IMG/VR virus record: IMGVR_UViG_3300045988_114464 | Span: 32,001 to 96,000 of that record | Length of the DNA: 64,000 bases | DNA from: a virus | Strand: one strand, 5' to 3' | Shown here: positions 38,232-47,716 of the stretch, piece by piece | How the letters are laid out: the number at the start of each line of letters is the position of its first letter | How positions within the stretch are numbered: the first letter of the stretch is position 1 | The notes under the pieces: model-generated | The model's input: only the letters and a program-made list of their open reading frames with translations | Database searches by the model: none | What the model was told of the DNA's origin: nothing | Translations under genes and position numbers: made by a program

Positions 38232-39293
38232 ATGGCGAATCCTAATAGCCTTTTTTCGTGGCTAAAATATCAAGATATTCAAATTGCTGATATAGCGTTA
38301 CGAACGCAATTTGAATCTTATATGAGTGTAGGTAATTATAGTCAAGCGTTACGTTTACTTTCCGATAATCAATCACAACTTCAAGGCAAGGCATGGATTG
38401 GTGACAGTATTAACACGCTTATCAATGGAATTATAACGCTTGAAAGTTTGTACAATGACAATGTAATTAAGTTTTTGTCCGATTTGTCAGAAACTTTACA
38501 AAATCTTGTAGACAATTATCGTAATGTCGGTACATGGATTGTTGGCAATGAATATAAGGAACTGAACTTTGTTGCTTATGACAATGAAATGTATATGGCG
38601 TTGCAAGATGTTCCTGCAAATACGCCTATTACCGATACTAATTATTGGTTATATGTTGGCTTGCGTGGAGAACAAGGTGTAGCTGGCGTAAATGTTCGTC
38701 AGCAGTACGATTATTCTTTTGGCAAAGCATATAACACTAACGACCTTGTTGTTTATCAAGGACAGATATATGTCGCGTTAAAAAGCAACACTAATGTTCT
38801 TCCTACAAATAGTGATACTTGGTTGTTGTACGAACGAGTAGTTAAAGCCAATATTTATGTAAATAATGTCGCGCCAACTGAAGAACTAATCAACGGCAAA
38901 ATTTGGTTCAAAACGCAATCTGACCCCTATACACATCTTGCCGATACACCGATTATTGGCACATTTATGATGTATCAAAATGGTACTTGGGAAGAAATGT
39001 ACCCTGATACCATCTTTGATTGGGTAGAAGATAAAGACCAATATAGAGAAGTCGGGTTTGAGTTTCAAGTTACAATTCAAACAAACGAATGGAATAATTT
39101 GTCAGTTGATATTAGCAATAGTCATATTACTATTGATTCTATTGTAAATATAATGCCACAATCTAATATGAGCAACACGCAATGGGTTGAGTACAATAAA
39201 CTTGAATCTGTTACCGTTGCCAATGGCAAAATTACAATTATGGCTAACTCACAAATTACACAAAGTTTGCCGATAAAAATTTTAGTAAGATAA
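38232..39293 (+). CDS. tail fibre/receptor-binding candidate (paralogous repeat architecture)
   Basis: YKELNFVAYDNEMYMALQDVP..TNYWLYV and YNTNDLVVYQGQIYVALKSN..DTWLLY follow the same repeat pattern as the previous gene. Confidence 0.4.
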   Translation: MANPNSLFSWLKYQDIQIADIALRTQFESYMSVGNYSQALRLLSDNQSQLQGKAWIGDSINTLINGIITLESLYNDNVIKFLSDLSETLQNLVDNYRNVGTWIVGNEYKELNFVAYDNEMYMALQDVPANTPITDTNYWLYVGLRGEQGVAGVNVRQQYDYSFGKAYNTNDLVVYQGQIYVALKSNTNVLPTNSDTWLLYERVVKANIYVNNVAPTEELINGKIWFKTQSDPYTHLADTPIIGTFMMYQNGTWEEMYPDTIFDWVEDKDQYREVGFEFQVTIQTNEWNNLSVDISNSHITIDSIVNIMPQSNMSNTQWVEYNKLESVTVANGKITIMANSQITQSLPIKILVR

Positions 39294-39305
39294 GGAGGGA
39301 GTAAG

Positions 39306-39653
39306 TTGATAGAATTTCGTCTTTCTGCAAAACAAAATAATACCTATCTTGACTTGTTCCCTCGCACTACTGTCAATGCTATTACCAATGATGAGCATAT
39401 TCGGGGAACGCAAGTTCTTGAAGTAGACGTACCTGCTACAACCGAAACAATTCAGACGATTACTATTCAGACAAATAATCGTATTGTAGACGCGCCATTT
39501 GAAGTTCATTATGTTAGTGGTGATAAGAATAGCTACAACACTATTAGTCAAATAGAAGTTAACGAGAACGTGCTTACTATTTATCATATTCATAATAAGC
39601 CAGAAGCCAGTGTTAAAATCGCCTTGGTATTCTATACTATGGGGGTAGGTTGA
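39306..39653 (+). CDS. hypothetical tail-associated protein
   Basis: A co-oriented ORF with a TTG start. Confidence 0.4.
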   Translation: MIEFRLSAKQNNTYLDLFPRTTVNAITNDEHIRGTQVLEVDVPATTETIQTITIQTNNRIVDAPFEVHYVSGDKNSYNTISQIEVNENVLTIYHIHNKPEASVKIALVFYTMGVG

Positions 39654-39654
39654 T

Positions 39655-40023
39655 ATGGCAAATAAAGGTTTTACTATGAAAGTCAAGACAGCGAATGGGT
39701 ATGTTAGTCTGTATCCACAAACGCTGTTAGAGAAGATTGACGGTCTGAATATTGGCTCTGTATATAAGCAGATTGTTACTTTGTCAGCCAATAATTGGCA
39801 AGATTTACAACAAACTGTTGATGTTGCAGATATTCTTGAATCAGATACACCTATGGTTAATAAGATTCTTGAAGGAACGATAGAACAAATGCGACTTCAA
39901 GAAAATGCGTTTAATACACTTGACCCTATTGTGGGGGTTTATTCTTTTGATGGGAAAGTAAGATTTACTTGCAAGACATTGCCGCAAGTAGATTTTAAGG
40001 TACAAATATATTGGACTCGATAA
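39655..40023 (+). CDS. hypothetical tail-associated protein
   Basis: A coupled ORF. Confidence 0.45.
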   Translation: MANKGFTMKVKTANGYVSLYPQTLLEKIDGLNIGSVYKQIVTLSANNWQDLQQTVDVADILESDTPMVNKILEGTIEQMRLQENAFNTLDPIVGVYSFDGKVRFTCKTLPQVDFKVQIYWTR

Positions 40024-40040
40024 AGAAAGGAGTGTGAAAA

Positions 40041-40757
40041 ATGCCAGATTATATTAAAGCCCCAGACGGTGCGTATCTATTCAGAGCCAGTGAAGTCGAA
40101 ATTATCAAGGATGAGTTGGGTAGACCTATTGTAATATTTAAGTCTGCTGGTACAACTGCTGTTAAATCAGTAAATGGTAAAACAGGTGATGTTCAGATTT
40201 CTTGTGAAGATGTTCATGCTTTGCCAAATACTACTCAGTATGTAACGCCAGATAATCTCAAGATTCTTGAAGATACTGTTCAAGCCTTGAATAGTGAAGT
40301 TGGAGATTGCGAAAAGAAATTAGACGGCTTCAATATTCGTGTGACTGATGTTGAAGGTGCTATCGCTTCTAAGCTGACGTTGACAGGTGGTACAATGTTG
40401 GGTAATATTGACATGAATGAACACGCTTTGATTAACGCACAAAAAATTCATGTTGATGGTACTACACCTGTGTTCATTGGTTCAGTTATTGAAAAAACTG
40501 ACGAGGGTGTAAGACTAACCAGCACTACAGAAGGTGAAGCCGCATTTGTTAAGCCAAATACTCAGAACACTTATGTTCCTGTGTTTGGTGGTGCTCCAAC
40601 AAATGCAAGCCACTTAACAACCAAAACATACGTTGATAACGAAATTAGCAACATGGAATCCAAGATGGACGGACTTGTGCCATCTTTTACCACTGATATG
40701 GAAGGCTATGTCCTCACTATTAAAAATGGTGTACCGACTTGGGTTCAACCATCTTAA
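40041..40757 (+). CDS. tail fibre-like protein
   Basis: The N-terminal module MPDYIKAPDGAYL...KDELGRPIV is shared with the next ORF. Confidence 0.45.
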   Translation: MPDYIKAPDGAYLFRASEVEIIKDELGRPIVIFKSAGTTAVKSVNGKTGDVQISCEDVHALPNTTQYVTPDNLKILEDTVQALNSEVGDCEKKLDGFNIRVTDVEGAIASKLTLTGGTMLGNIDMNEHALINAQKIHVDGTTPVFIGSVIEKTDEGVRLTSTTEGEAAFVKPNTQNTYVPVFGGAPTNASHLTTKTYVDNEISNMESKMDGLVPSFTTDMEGYVLTIKNGVPTWVQPS

Positions 40758-40773
40758 TTAAAGGAGAGATTTC

Positions 40774-40974
40774 ATGCCGAAGAAACCTATAATGGCTCCT
40801 GATGGTGGCTATCTGCTCGATGGCGATGATTTTGTTATCACTAAAGACGAGTTGGGTAGACCAGTTATCAGTGTAGTAGGTGGGGCTACGGGAGAAGTCA
40901 AAAAGATTGTAGAAGAACACAATGACGACCCGAACGCCCACGAAAAGATTGACCTCGATGGTGGCGAGTTGTAA
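40774..40974 (+). CDS. short paralog of the 40041 N-terminal module (66 aa)
   Basis: MPKKPIMAPDGGYL...KDELGRPVI aligns with the start of 40041-40757. Confidence 0.4.
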   Translation: MPKKPIMAPDGGYLLDGDDFVITKDELGRPVISVVGGATGEVKKIVEEHNDDPNAHEKIDLDGGEL

Positions 40975-41054
40975 TTCCACCAAAAGTATGCAAAATATGA
41001 GGATAACCTCATATAAATAAAAAATATATTTTTTATAAAAGGAGATTTTTTATT

Positions 41055-42689
41055 ATGGCTATTATTCAAATTAAGAGAACTTCTGAACTTGCCAAGATTA
41101 CTGCCGCACAGCTAAAGGCTGGCGAACTTGCTGTCGTACTGGGTACTGGCGCTGACGCTGGTAAGCTGTATGTCGGTGTTGACGGCGTAGCTGGCACTGC
41201 CATTCCTGTAAAGGCTTCTGGTGCTGACATTGCTAATAAGCTGGCAAACGCTCAGAACTTCTCTATTAAAGGTGACGTAACTGCTACTCCTGTTGCATTT
41301 GATGGCACTGGTGCTGTTGCGCTACAAGCTGTTATTGCTAATAAGGCTGTAACCAAGGCAAAGCTGGCTGACGAAGTTACCGCTTCTCTTGATAAGGCTG
41401 ATTCTGCTGTACAAGAAGTTATTACTGGTAAGACCAACGGTACTATCAGCGTTGATGGTACTGACGTAGCAGTATTTGGTCTTGGCGATGCGGCATACAA
41501 GACTGCTAAGTATTTTGAAGATGACGCTCAAACCAAGGCTGACGCTGTTAAGAATGCAGTAGTCAACACTATCACTGCTGGCAATGGCGTTGCTGTAACT
41601 GGTACTGCTACCAAAAAGACCGTTGCAGTTGTTGTTGACCCAACTTCTGATGAGCATCTAACTGTTGGTGCTGATGGTCTAAAGCTAACTCTACCTGCCG
41701 CTGATGAGTATAGCGTTGTTAAGGATGCTGATGCAGGTGAGTTCTCTGCTGTTTACCACCTAACCAAGAATGGTGCTAACGTTGGTGTGGCAATCAACAT
41801 TCCTAAGGACTTGTTCGTTAAGTCTGGTGAAGTTGTTGTAAATCCAGAAGGTCAACTTGCTGGCACTTACATTAAGCTGACCCTACAGAACCAAGAAGCA
41901 CCTCTCTACATCAACGTTGCTACTCTAATTGACGCTTACACTGGTGTTGATGGCACTGAGATTACCGTTGCTGTATCCGAGGACAACAAGATTTCCGCAG
42001 TTATCAAGGATGGTACTATTGCTCTTGGCAAGCTGGCTCAAGGTGTACAAGACTCTATCGCCAAGGCTGATACCGCACTACAGAAGGCTGACATTGCAGA
42101 AGGTGCTACCAACGGCACTATCGCTGTAAAGGGTACTGACATTGCTGTACACGGTCTAAAGGACGCGGCTTACTCTACTGTTGCTGACCTAAACAAGCAC
42201 GCTGATGACGCTGTTGACGCTCTAAAGGGTACTGAAGCTGACGCTACTACCGCTATCACTGTTTACGGTGCTCGTGCTCTGGCACAAAAGGGTGTAGACG
42301 ATGCCGCTACTGCAAAGGCTGAAGCCGACAAGAAGGTTGCTTCTGTAACCGCTGAAGATAAGTCTATCGTTGTTGGCGGTACTGCTACTGCTCCAACTGT
42401 TAAGGTTGGTGTATCTACCACCGAAGGCAACGCTCTGACTCTGGACACTAACGGTCTGTTCGTAGCTACTCCTTCTTCTATGGCGGCTGGCAACGGTATT
42501 ACCATTGAAGGTAACACTGTATTTGCAAAGGTAGTTGCCGCTAACGGTCTATCTGTTGACGCTTCTGGTATCAAGATGGCTCTTGGCTCTGCTACCACTG
42601 CTGGTGCTGTTAAGGGTTCTTCTGAGATTGCTATTGGTGCTGACGGTGCTATGACCGTAGCTGTAATCGATGCAGGTTCTCTCGACTAA
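41055..42689 (+). CDS. tail fibre protein (Ala/Thr/Gly-rich with an internal duplication)
   Basis: The N-terminus IIQIKRTSELAKITAAQLKAGELAV...KLYVGVDG is a fibre N-terminal module. TNGTISVDGTDVAVFGLGDAAYKT is repeated as TNGTIAVKGTDIAVHGLKDAAYST. Confidence 0.55.
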   Translation: MAIIQIKRTSELAKITAAQLKAGELAVVLGTGADAGKLYVGVDGVAGTAIPVKASGADIANKLANAQNFSIKGDVTATPVAFDGTGAVALQAVIANKAVTKAKLADEVTASLDKADSAVQEVITGKTNGTISVDGTDVAVFGLGDAAYKTAKYFEDDAQTKADAVKNAVVNTITAGNGVAVTGTATKKTVAVVVDPTSDEHLTVGADGLKLTLPAADEYSVVKDADAGEFSAVYHLTKNGANVGVAINIPKDLFVKSGEVVVNPEGQLAGTYIKLTLQNQEAPLYINVATLIDAYTGVDGTEITVAVSEDNKISAVIKDGTIALGKLAQGVQDSIAKADTALQKADIAEGATNGTIAVKGTDIAVHGLKDAAYSTVADLNKHADDAVDALKGTEADATTAITVYGARALAQKGVDDAATAKAEADKKVASVTAEDKSIVVGGTATAPTVKVGVSTTEGNALTLDTNGLFVATPSSMAAGNGITIEGNTVFAKVVAANGLSVDASGIKMALGSATTAGAVKGSSEIAIGADGAMTVAVIDAGSLD

Positions 42690-42707
42690 TTTTAGTCAAA
42701 ATTCCTA

Positions 42708-42736
42708 TTGACATTTCACAAATAGTGTGATACAAT
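42708..42736 (+). promoter_or_regulatory. sigma-A-type promoter inside the fibre cluster
   Basis: TTGACA, a 17-nt spacer, then TGa-TACAAT. Confidence 0.55.
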
Positions 42737-42738
42737 TA

Positions 42739-42773
42739 AGGGAGAGGGGAAATATCCTCTCTCCCTATTTTTT
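42739..42773 (+). terminator. terminator hairpin overlapping the predicted transcription start
   Basis: AGGGAGAGG...CCTCTCTCCCT followed by TTTTTT. Confidence 0.55.
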
Positions 42774-42797
42774 ACGAAAAGGAGGTTTGAGTCAGAG

Positions 42798-43454
42798 ATG
42801 CGAATAATTCTGAACGGTCGTGACGTATCATATATTAACAATGACCGTGTTGTTGGCTTTGAAACAGACAACGATGTGAACGAGTTCATTTGCGTTGTAG
42901 AAGATTCTATACCTACGCCAGCTTGGGGATATAAACTTGATGTTAAAGCCAAATTGGGTGACAAGACATTCTACAACACAATTAACTTGACCAAGAGTAA
43001 AGACGCAGATAATGAGTATAGTGTTTTGCTTGGGGCGAATATGTTACCGCAAGGTAAATGTTTATGTAATATTCGCCGTATTTCGGGCAAAAAGGTTTAT
43101 AACTCAGATGTGTTTGAAATGTGGGTTAAGAAGCCTGTGCTTAGTTATTGTGGCGCATATCAGGAAGATGGATTTATCCCCAGTGAGTTCTTTCAAATTG
43201 AGCAAAGAATGGACGAAATAAATAATCATCCTCCTGTCCCTGACGCAAGTGGATACTGGAAAATTTGGAATGCTGATAAAGGCGAATATGAAATTTCAGA
43301 TATTCCTTCTTCTGGTGGAACAGTATCTTTTATTGCTGGTGACGGTCTTGATATTCAAGATAACAAAATTTCAATTAAAACAGATAAAAAGTCTATTTCC
43401 GTCAATGAAGATAACGAGATTTACGTTAATGGCATTGACGGTGATATTTTGTAA
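42798..43454 (+). CDS. hypothetical fibre-cluster protein
   Basis: ORF after AAAGGAGG. Confidence 0.5.
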   Translation: MRIILNGRDVSYINNDRVVGFETDNDVNEFICVVEDSIPTPAWGYKLDVKAKLGDKTFYNTINLTKSKDADNEYSVLLGANMLPQGKCLCNIRRISGKKVYNSDVFEMWVKKPVLSYCGAYQEDGFIPSEFFQIEQRMDEINNHPPVPDASGYWKIWNADKGEYEISDIPSSGGTVSFIAGDGLDIQDNKISIKTDKKSISVNEDNEIYVNGIDGDIL

Positions 43455-43469
43455 GAAAGGAGATTATTT

Positions 43470-44117
43470 ATGACGAAGAAAATTCAACTGCTTCGTGGCA
43501 AAGAAGTTAAGCTAAAGTCTGCTACCAATCCTTCTGGTTACGTTCTTTCTGACGCTGAGTTCTTTGTAGATACTACTCAACACAAGGTTATTGTTGGTGA
43601 CGCTAACGCTACGCCAGACGGTCGCTTTGCATTGGCTAATGAGTCTGAAGTAAAGGCGGTACAAACCGAAGTTGAGGGTATTGCTCAAGATGTTGGTGAT
43701 ATTCAGCTTGATTATGCTAAAACCGCAAGTGGTAATACCATTGCTGCTAATAGCGTGGCTGTTGCTAATGGCGAAGGTAAGCTAACTGGCGTTACTGGTA
43801 CTGCGGGTCAATTTATTGGTTTTGACGCTAATGGTGTACCTACTGCACAATCTGTTAGCACTTCTAGCGCTCTTAACAAATCTGCAACTGTTACTCTGCC
43901 AGTGATAAGTGGCACTACTGCTATTGTTGCTGTAAGCGGTATGGTGGCAAATGCTGACCCATTCTTTGTTATTCCTCAGTGGAGCACTCATATGACCGAT
44001 GAAAAGTCTGCGTGGAATAAGATTGTTAGCGTTGAATCTCAAGCAGGTTCTCTCAAGTTTACTACAAGTGGTAGCACTGCAACTGCTGTTACTTTTAAGG
44101 TCTTTTGGACTGCATAA
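43470..44117 (+). CDS. tail fibre-like protein
   Basis: The N-terminus KKIQLLRGKEVKL...DAEFFVDTTQHKVIVGD is the same module type as 41055. Confidence 0.5.
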   Translation: MTKKIQLLRGKEVKLKSATNPSGYVLSDAEFFVDTTQHKVIVGDANATPDGRFALANESEVKAVQTEVEGIAQDVGDIQLDYAKTASGNTIAANSVAVANGEGKLTGVTGTAGQFIGFDANGVPTAQSVSTSSALNKSATVTLPVISGTTAIVAVSGMVANADPFFVIPQWSTHMTDEKSAWNKIVSVESQAGSLKFTTSGSTATAVTFKVFWTA

Positions 44118-44120
44118 TAA

Positions 44121-44157
44121 TAGGGAAGATAGTTAATTCTATCTTCCCTATTTTTTT
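44121..44157. terminator. bidirectional terminator between the convergent arms
   Basis: A perfect 12-bp stem, TAGGGAAGATAG-TTAATT-CTATCTTCCCTA, with T7 downstream and an A-rich run upstream. Confidence 0.8.
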
Positions 44158-44167
44158 GATTGTTGTT

Positions 44168-44722
44168 TTAGATGGTGCGCAGAGTATTTTCAATTTCTGA
44201 CCAAGACTTGAAAGGATAAAGATTATATTTATTATCTTTATTCCACATCTGACCAAACAAGTAACAAAATCTGCGAGTGCTTGAAGCCATATTCCATTTG
44301 TGAATATTTTCGGCGCAATCATCAATAAGAACGTCACCTTGTACCAGTTCTTTATGCTGTGTGATGACAATATGGTTGTTGAGCCAATCTGTAGATACGC
44401 CTAAGTTTCGTTTTAGGCAAATCATCTTTTCGGCAAAGGCTGGATTGAATACATTGGACGCTGTGACAAAGTAAACTTCGTGCTCTCGGTTGAGCCAATC
44501 AAAGGCGTTTTTAGCACCGTCAATTAACGATACTTCATCGTGCCAGAATGTGCAATCTTCAAGTTCAGCCCACGGATTGATATTCTTATATACGCTCTCA
44601 AACCAATGATAATGCGTTACGTTTTCAAGAGTATACCTTGTACCGTAACGATTGTTAAGACGCTTGAGTAATGCTTCTTGAGTGTTAAGCATTACGCCGT
44701 CTACATCAATTAAGATTCTCAT
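44168..44722 (-). CDS. HAD-family 5'(3')-deoxyribonucleotidase
   Basis: MRILIDVDGVM carries the DxDGV nucleophile motif, and LIDD sits near the C-terminus. Size and layout resemble the NT5C family. Confidence 0.6.
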   Translation of the reverse strand: MRILIDVDGVMLNTQEALLKRLNNRYGTRYTLENVTHYHWFESVYKNINPWAELEDCTFWHDEVSLIDGAKNAFDWLNREHEVYFVTASNVFNPAFAEKMICLKRNLGVSTDWLNNHIVITQHKELVQGDVLIDDCAENIHKWNMASSTRRFCYLFGQMWNKDNKYNLYPFKSWSEIENTLRTI

Positions 44723-44985
44723 AGAAATGTTACCACCTTTGAACGTTTGCCACGCGAGTTATTGTTTCTTGACTCTAAAAATTCTGCCATGTAACGCTCT
44801 TTTTTGTCGCTTGGTAGAATATTAACAATACAATAGGGGCATGATAAACATTCTGGTATTTTCATTGCGGGCGCACTACAAATGTCAAAAAGAGTATCGC
44901 CTAAAGACTTTCTTTCTTTGTAGCACTTGCGATATTTTCTCCAACGCTTAACACTTCTAAACAGATTACGAAGTCGCATCATCAT
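44719..44985 (-). CDS. hypothetical basic CxxC protein
   Basis: I prefer the MMMRLRNLF start (44985). The sequence contains CLSCPYC. Confidence 0.4.
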   Translation of the reverse strand: MMMRLRNLFRSVKRWRKYRKCYKERKSLGDTLFDICSAPAMKIPECLSCPYCIVNILPSDKKERYMAEFLESRNNNSRGKRSKVVTFL

Positions 44986-45694
44986 CAACTCCGAACATCT
45001 GACCATACCAGCCTTCTTCAGTGAAAGCCAATCTATTGTTATTATCAGTAATTACCTTGGGGTCATCTGGGTCTGTCATATCCCAATAATCAAATGCTAC
45101 ATTACAATTAAGGCAAGCAATAGCAGTATCTACCTTTGCGTTTACCTTTACGCCACAGCACGGGCAAATATAAGACTTCTTCTGTGCAGGATTGACTTCT
45201 GGAAAAGTAGTATTGCGAGTATAGTCACAGATATGCGGGTCTACAATACCATCGTCAATAAGGGATTGAATGAAGTCGCAGAAAGCAGGGGTCGCTTCAG
45301 TATGACCCCAACCAATGCCTTGCGCCTTGTCACAGATAAGGTCACGGGCTTCGCACGCCTTCTTGAACTTCTTATTATGGGATTTACCCTTACAATCAAT
45401 GATACTATTAACCTTGCAGTACAGATGAATCATCTCGTGCATAAGGGTTTCGGAGGTCTGATAGATACCATCACCAAGGCGTTCACCAGCGATGCTAATT
45501 TCGTACTTAATGTCAGTATCATCGTTGACATTAACATAAGTGTCATCCCAGAAGCACCCTGCGAGGTTATTGCCATTCTTCTTTGCGCCTACAGTAAGGG
45601 TGATATAGGGCTGTGGGAGAGTGGACTCAAAATAATGCTTATTAAGGTGCTGAAATAAGGTTTCAAGATTCTTAATTACTTCATAACTTGTCAT
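44966..45694 (-). CDS. SprT-like zinc metalloprotease with a C-terminal zinc ribbon
   Basis: LMHEMIHLY carries the HExxH motif in an SprT-like context (HYFESTLP...), followed by CPCCG...CLNC. Confidence 0.6.
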   Translation of the reverse strand: MTSYEVIKNLETLFQHLNKHYFESTLPQPYITLTVGAKKNGNNLAGCFWDDTYVNVNDDTDIKYEISIAGERLGDGIYQTSETLMHEMIHLYCKVNSIIDCKGKSHNKKFKKACEARDLICDKAQGIGWGHTEATPAFCDFIQSLIDDGIVDPHICDYTRNTTFPEVNPAQKKSYICPCCGVKVNAKVDTAIACLNCNVAFDYWDMTDPDDPKVITDNNNRLAFTEEGWYGQMFGVDDDATS

Positions 45695-45706
45695 GGTTAT
45701 TCTCCT

Positions 45707-46102
45707 TTAATCATTAGAAGTGATGGTTACAGGCGCAATCATTTCTGGCAGGAAGTTGACTTCGTAGTGATACTTGTCAACGTAAGCACCGCTTACATCT
45801 TCGACAACGTAAATTGTCCAATCGTTAAGATATACAAGGTGCTTTTTGTAAACGCCCTTTCCAATTTCTACCGTGACTTCAAGTTCGTTGGTATCGTTGT
45901 TTGCAATGGCGAAGTTGCCAATCAGTTCAAATACAGGCTTGTCGGTACGAGCGTTAATGACTTCAAGCCTACGAGTTACGTTAAAATTATCGGCTTCTTT
46001 TGAAATGTTGTATGCAACGCGGGTACTCTGACGACCACAACCAGAAGCACATAGAAGGGTTACACCAGCTAATGTGCCAGCAATTACACGTTTGATATTC
46101 AT
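45707..46102 (-). CDS. lipoprotein
   Basis: The signal peptide MNIKRVIAGTLAGVTLLCASGC contains an A-S-G-C lipobox. Confidence 0.7.
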   Translation of the reverse strand: MNIKRVIAGTLAGVTLLCASGCGRQSTRVAYNISKEADNFNVTRRLEVINARTDKPVFELIGNFAIANNDTNELEVTVEIGKGVYKKHLVYLNDWTIYVVEDVSGAYVDKYHYEVNFLPEMIAPVTITSND

Positions 46103-46114
46103 ATAGATTTCCTT

Positions 46115-46402
46115 TCATTTAGGGGAGCGGTTTATTCCGTTCCCCCTATTTTTCCCATCGTCATCATTGAACTCTGATAGAAGCCCATCGTCAAATCCAT
46201 CATACCAACCTTTTTCATAAAAGATTCCCGCTTGAGCAATGAATGTGGAAAAGAGATTCATAAACAGTGCTACTGTTTTTCGGTCATCTTCAAGTGTCAT
46301 GCCAAATAGTGACGCTTCTTTATTTGGAAGGTCGGTATCAACAATTATAATGACAGCGTAACCAGAGTTGTTATAATTGAAATGCAGTGTGGGATAAATC
46401 AT
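46115..46402 (-). CDS. hypothetical protein
   Basis: A co-oriented ORF. Confidence 0.45.
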   Translation of the reverse strand: MIYPTLHFNYNNSGYAVIIIVDTDLPNKEASLFGMTLEDDRKTVALFMNLFSTFIAQAGIFYEKGWYDGFDDGLLSEFNDDDGKNRGNGINRSPK

Positions 46403-46414
46403 AGCTTCATGCGC

Positions 46415-46987
46415 TTACTTACCAGTAGAACCCAGTCCACCATTTCCTCTTGCTGTATCGCTCAGATTCTTTACTTCGTTGAAGTCAATCTGTTGGTATC
46501 TGCGAAGTTCCATCTGTGCAATACGGTCGCCCTTGGTAATGGTAAAGTCTGTGCCAGAAGTATTGAGAAGAATTACCTTAATCTCTCCGCGATAATCTTC
46601 GTCAATTTCACCACCTACAGTAATAATGCCCTTACTTGCAAGACCAGAGCGAGAACGAATCTTGAGCATGAAGCCTTCTGGCGGTTCGCAAGCAATACCA
46701 GTGCCAATAACTGCGGTAGTACCAGCGGGAACAATCTTATCCTCAATGGCATAAAGGTCACATAGACCAGCCTTTGCGCTACCATACTTGGGGATAATAG
46801 CGTCATCGTTCATCTTCTTAATCTTTACCTTGACCTTTGCCTTGGTAAACATTTCAAAGGTCTGCGCAGTCATCATCTGTACGAATTGGGGAAGGTCTAC
46901 TTGCATAGACTGACCGATTGGTGGTTCACCACCCATTCGCTTGGGGTCGAAATTTGGGGTTGCTTGATTGGGTAGAATGATTGACAT
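46415..46987 (-). CDS. trimeric dUTPase with an N-terminal extension
   Basis: It carries the motifs AGLCDLYA, IRSRSGLASKG, GGEIDEDYRGEI, GDRIAQM and RGNGGLGSTGK. Confidence 0.9.
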   Translation of the reverse strand: MSIILPNQATPNFDPKRMGGEPPIGQSMQVDLPQFVQMMTAQTFEMFTKAKVKVKIKKMNDDAIIPKYGSAKAGLCDLYAIEDKIVPAGTTAVIGTGIACEPPEGFMLKIRSRSGLASKGIITVGGEIDEDYRGEIKVILLNTSGTDFTITKGDRIAQMELRRYQQIDFNEVKNLSDTARGNGGLGSTGK

Positions 46988-47013
46988 AATGATTCCTCCT
47001 TAAATTTAGATAC

Positions 47014-47061
47014 ATAAAAAATAAGTGTGTACTAATTGTCTTTCCTTAGTACACACTTATT
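47014..47061 (-). terminator. rho-independent terminator (minus strand)
   Basis: A perfect 16-bp stem (47020-47035 / 47046-47061) followed on the minus strand by T6. Confidence 0.75.
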
Positions 47062-47073
47062 GTATCATGCTAT

Positions 47074-47715
47074 TTAGTTCTTGTCAATAGTTACTTCGTA
47101 AAAATCTTTCAAATAAGGGATTTTTTCGAGCATGGTGGAAACGAATACGCGCCACTCTGGAAGTCGATGATTTGCTCTCTGCTTACACATATTAAGTAGA
47201 GTTTCAAGGGAACAATCATAGGTTGCCCGAATCATAAAGCCCTGTGGGAGCATATTGCGAATCTCTTGGAAGATAACTGGGTCTTTGGTGTCCAGATAGA
47301 TTTCACGCAGACGGTTCAATTCTTTAATCGTGCTATGCCACCATTCAGCGTGAACAGGGTCTTGATAAGTCATTGCTTCAACATTGAAGTCGAGCATATA
47401 AAATTCTTCAGACACGCCCTTGTGCATAAAAGAACAAGAATTACGAGCAGTGGCTACCTTGTATGTGTCAAATTCAGCCCATACATACGCGGGCATGATA
47501 ATATCCATCTGAACGTGGATAAAGCGTAGGAACTTACGGTGCTCTGTGCCAGCCTTTACAAGACGCTTTGCAAGGTTAAGGTCAGCTTCACCAAGAGAGA
47601 ATGTGCCGTCTGGGTAAAAGAAGCTGTCTGACTTAACCCATGATTGTAGCGGTGCTCTCATACCACGAAAAGCGGATTCCCAACCACAAGTTGTAATGTT
47701 TTCAATTTTAATCAT
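47074..47715 (-). CDS. divergent ThyX-like protein (canonical RHR/SxRY motif not evident)
   Basis: The block order parallels ThyX (GTEHRKFLRFI vs GHE.PFEH; NMLPQG..ATYDCSLETLLNMCKQR vs R..LP....T.N.RSL.NF..LR). The RHR...S..RY segment reads DTYK...NSCSFMH instead. Confidence 0.4.
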   Translation of the reverse strand: MIKIENITTCGWESAFRGMRAPLQSWVKSDSFFYPDGTFSLGEADLNLAKRLVKAGTEHRKFLRFIHVQMDIIMPAYVWAEFDTYKVATARNSCSFMHKGVSEEFYMLDFNVEAMTYQDPVHAEWWHSTIKELNRLREIYLDTKDPVIFQEIRNMLPQGFMIRATYDCSLETLLNMCKQRANHRLPEWRVFVSTMLEKIPYLKDFYEVTIDKN

Positions 47716-47716
47716 A

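Noticed and set aside
41400-42250. Diversity-generating retroelement (template/variable repeat) in the fibre gene
   Set aside because: The two repeat copies are diverged at all base types rather than only at A positions. Both lie inside one ORF, and no reverse transcriptase gene is present in the window.
44927-45658. A 243-aa plus-strand ORF
   Set aside because: It lies entirely antisense to the SprT-like gene, which has recognisable HExxH and zinc-ribbon motifs. It runs against the local transcription direction and beyond the bidirectional terminator.
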